Assembly: GCA_964016885.1 (NCBI GenBank)
Contig: OZ024753.1
Span: 40,362,001-40,426,000 of the forward strand
Direction of reading: 5' to 3'
Length of the DNA stretch: 64,000 nt
From: Eledone cirrhosa
Lineage: Eukaryota
The translations under genes and the position numbers were made by a program. Within the stretch, counting starts at the first letter, position 1; the number at the start of each line of letters is the position of its first letter. Below the pieces are notes generated by a model. That model had not been told where the DNA came from. It did not search any database and was given only the letters and a program-made list of their open reading frames with translations. Positions 59,278-64,000 of the stretch are shown piece by piece.

Positions 59278-60441
59278 AGTATTAGGTTCACGCTTGAGAG
59301 TGTGAATGGGGGGGGGGGGGGGGGGGGGCTGAGCATCAGTGGAAAAGTTCCGAGGAAAAGAGTTTCCGAGCGCGTGTGTGTGTGTGTGGGGGGGGGGGGA
59401 AAGACATGGGGGGGGGTTAATTGGAAGGAAAAACATTCATGGTAATATACACAAACATGTAAATTACACGGACACACAGACAGAATCTTATAACTATAAT
59501 AATGAGAGGAGTGCCGGAATGCCTCCAGAATATATTTATTTACCCCGTTTGTAAAATAAGTTGGATTAATTTGAATAAATAATGAATGAATATTACATAA
59601 TTTAATTTATCTACTAAATTTCGTGGCTGTTGATTAAAAATATATTTTATAGCTTATTTAAAGATCTTCAAAATTCACTTATTATCAAATGTCAACACTT
59701 CCGGTTAGCGGCCGTTATATTATAACACTTATAAATCGCATATATTTCCGTCGCTAACTTTCTCCTAATGCAGTTTATATATAATGTCCTTTTTTTTAAT
59801 ATATCATGGATTACTTTACTGATTACAGAAGACAGTGTAACATAGACTTCGTTGAATTTCTGTATATATTGTTAATTACGATTTTATTTGATGTATCACA
59901 TATCTACATGTATATATATTTGTGTATAATATCAATATACACACTACACATGCTAGCAGAAAACCACCCGCAGGGGTGTTTTTCTGCTAGTAATTATAAT
60001 TTAAGATGCCATCATTTTTGCTTGTTTTTCTTGACTTTAAACATACACCCCTAACTAGATCTTAATATGTATCCCTAGTTTTTAACACTTCTTTTTTAGT
60101 AAGCCTGCAATTTCCACTACTCTGTCTGCTCTCAACCAAGTCAAATTACATGTTAGAACTATAACCCTCTCAGGCACTTCTGATGTTTCCACAACGCTGC
60201 TAATTTATAATGGTACTTTTAGGGATTTCACCGCAAGAAGCTTTATAAAACTTACATTTCAAGGTTTAGTAAGGCTTATCCTTGATGTTAGGTCCCTAAC
60301 CGACTACCCCGATGCCCACAGTGATAGCACTCGTCCTGCATTCACACAAGCGAGCGAACACACATACACACTTGCTTACTAACATAAGAAATATCTATAG
60401 TCAATTGATGTAAGGGTGTCTGCCCTCCACCCCAATATATA

Positions 60442-60489
<48 letters not shown>

Positions 60490-60820
60490 TTTATATTGGG
60501 GTGGAGGGCAGACACCCTATATATATATACACACACAGCACGCACACACACACACACATACACACATATATATATATATATCTGCGTGGGTGGATTCTCG
60601 ATGGGTATCGAGATGTGTGATCACAGTTTAAAAAGCTGCCCAGTCTGTTCGTGTGTCTGTGTGTGTGAGACGGTATGTATTGAAGTATGTATATACAATT
60701 AGATAGTGTTGATATTCAGATAGAAAAAAATATATAATGATAATAATGTACTTAATTGTATTAGAAAAAAATATATAATGATAATAATGTACTTAATTGT
60801 ATTATTTTTCTCTTTTACAG

Positions 60821-63990
<3,170 letters not shown>

Positions 63991-64000
63991 AAAATGCATC

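Overview
Eukaryotic, very AT-rich, microsatellite- and repeat-dominated animal DNA with one 200-N gap (5629-5828). An octopod cephalopod is the most likely source, inferred from the tRNA-SINE families and the extreme (TA)n/(CA)n/(GA)n load. One confident protein-coding gene is present on the + strand: an Id/extramacrochaetae-type HLH inhibitor. Its coding exons are 32602-32967 and 50783-50836 (139 aa), with a probable 5'UTR exon near 29237-29458 and a 3'UTR exon from 60821. A perfect GGCGCC-N5-GTCTG BMP/Smad element lies in its last intron. The rest is about 20 SINE copies, hAT and Tc1/mariner relics, an internally deleted RTE-LINE derivative and satellites. The most striking signal is a set of five or more families of short fold-back elements inserted in (TA)n tracts. 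They carry type I hammerhead ribozyme cores (best copies 13474-13524 on -, and a head-to-head pair at 52746-52832), and their inversion points fall inside or next to the ribozyme, consistent with Penelope-like element relics. Nearly all ORFs in the supplied track are microsatellite artefacts.
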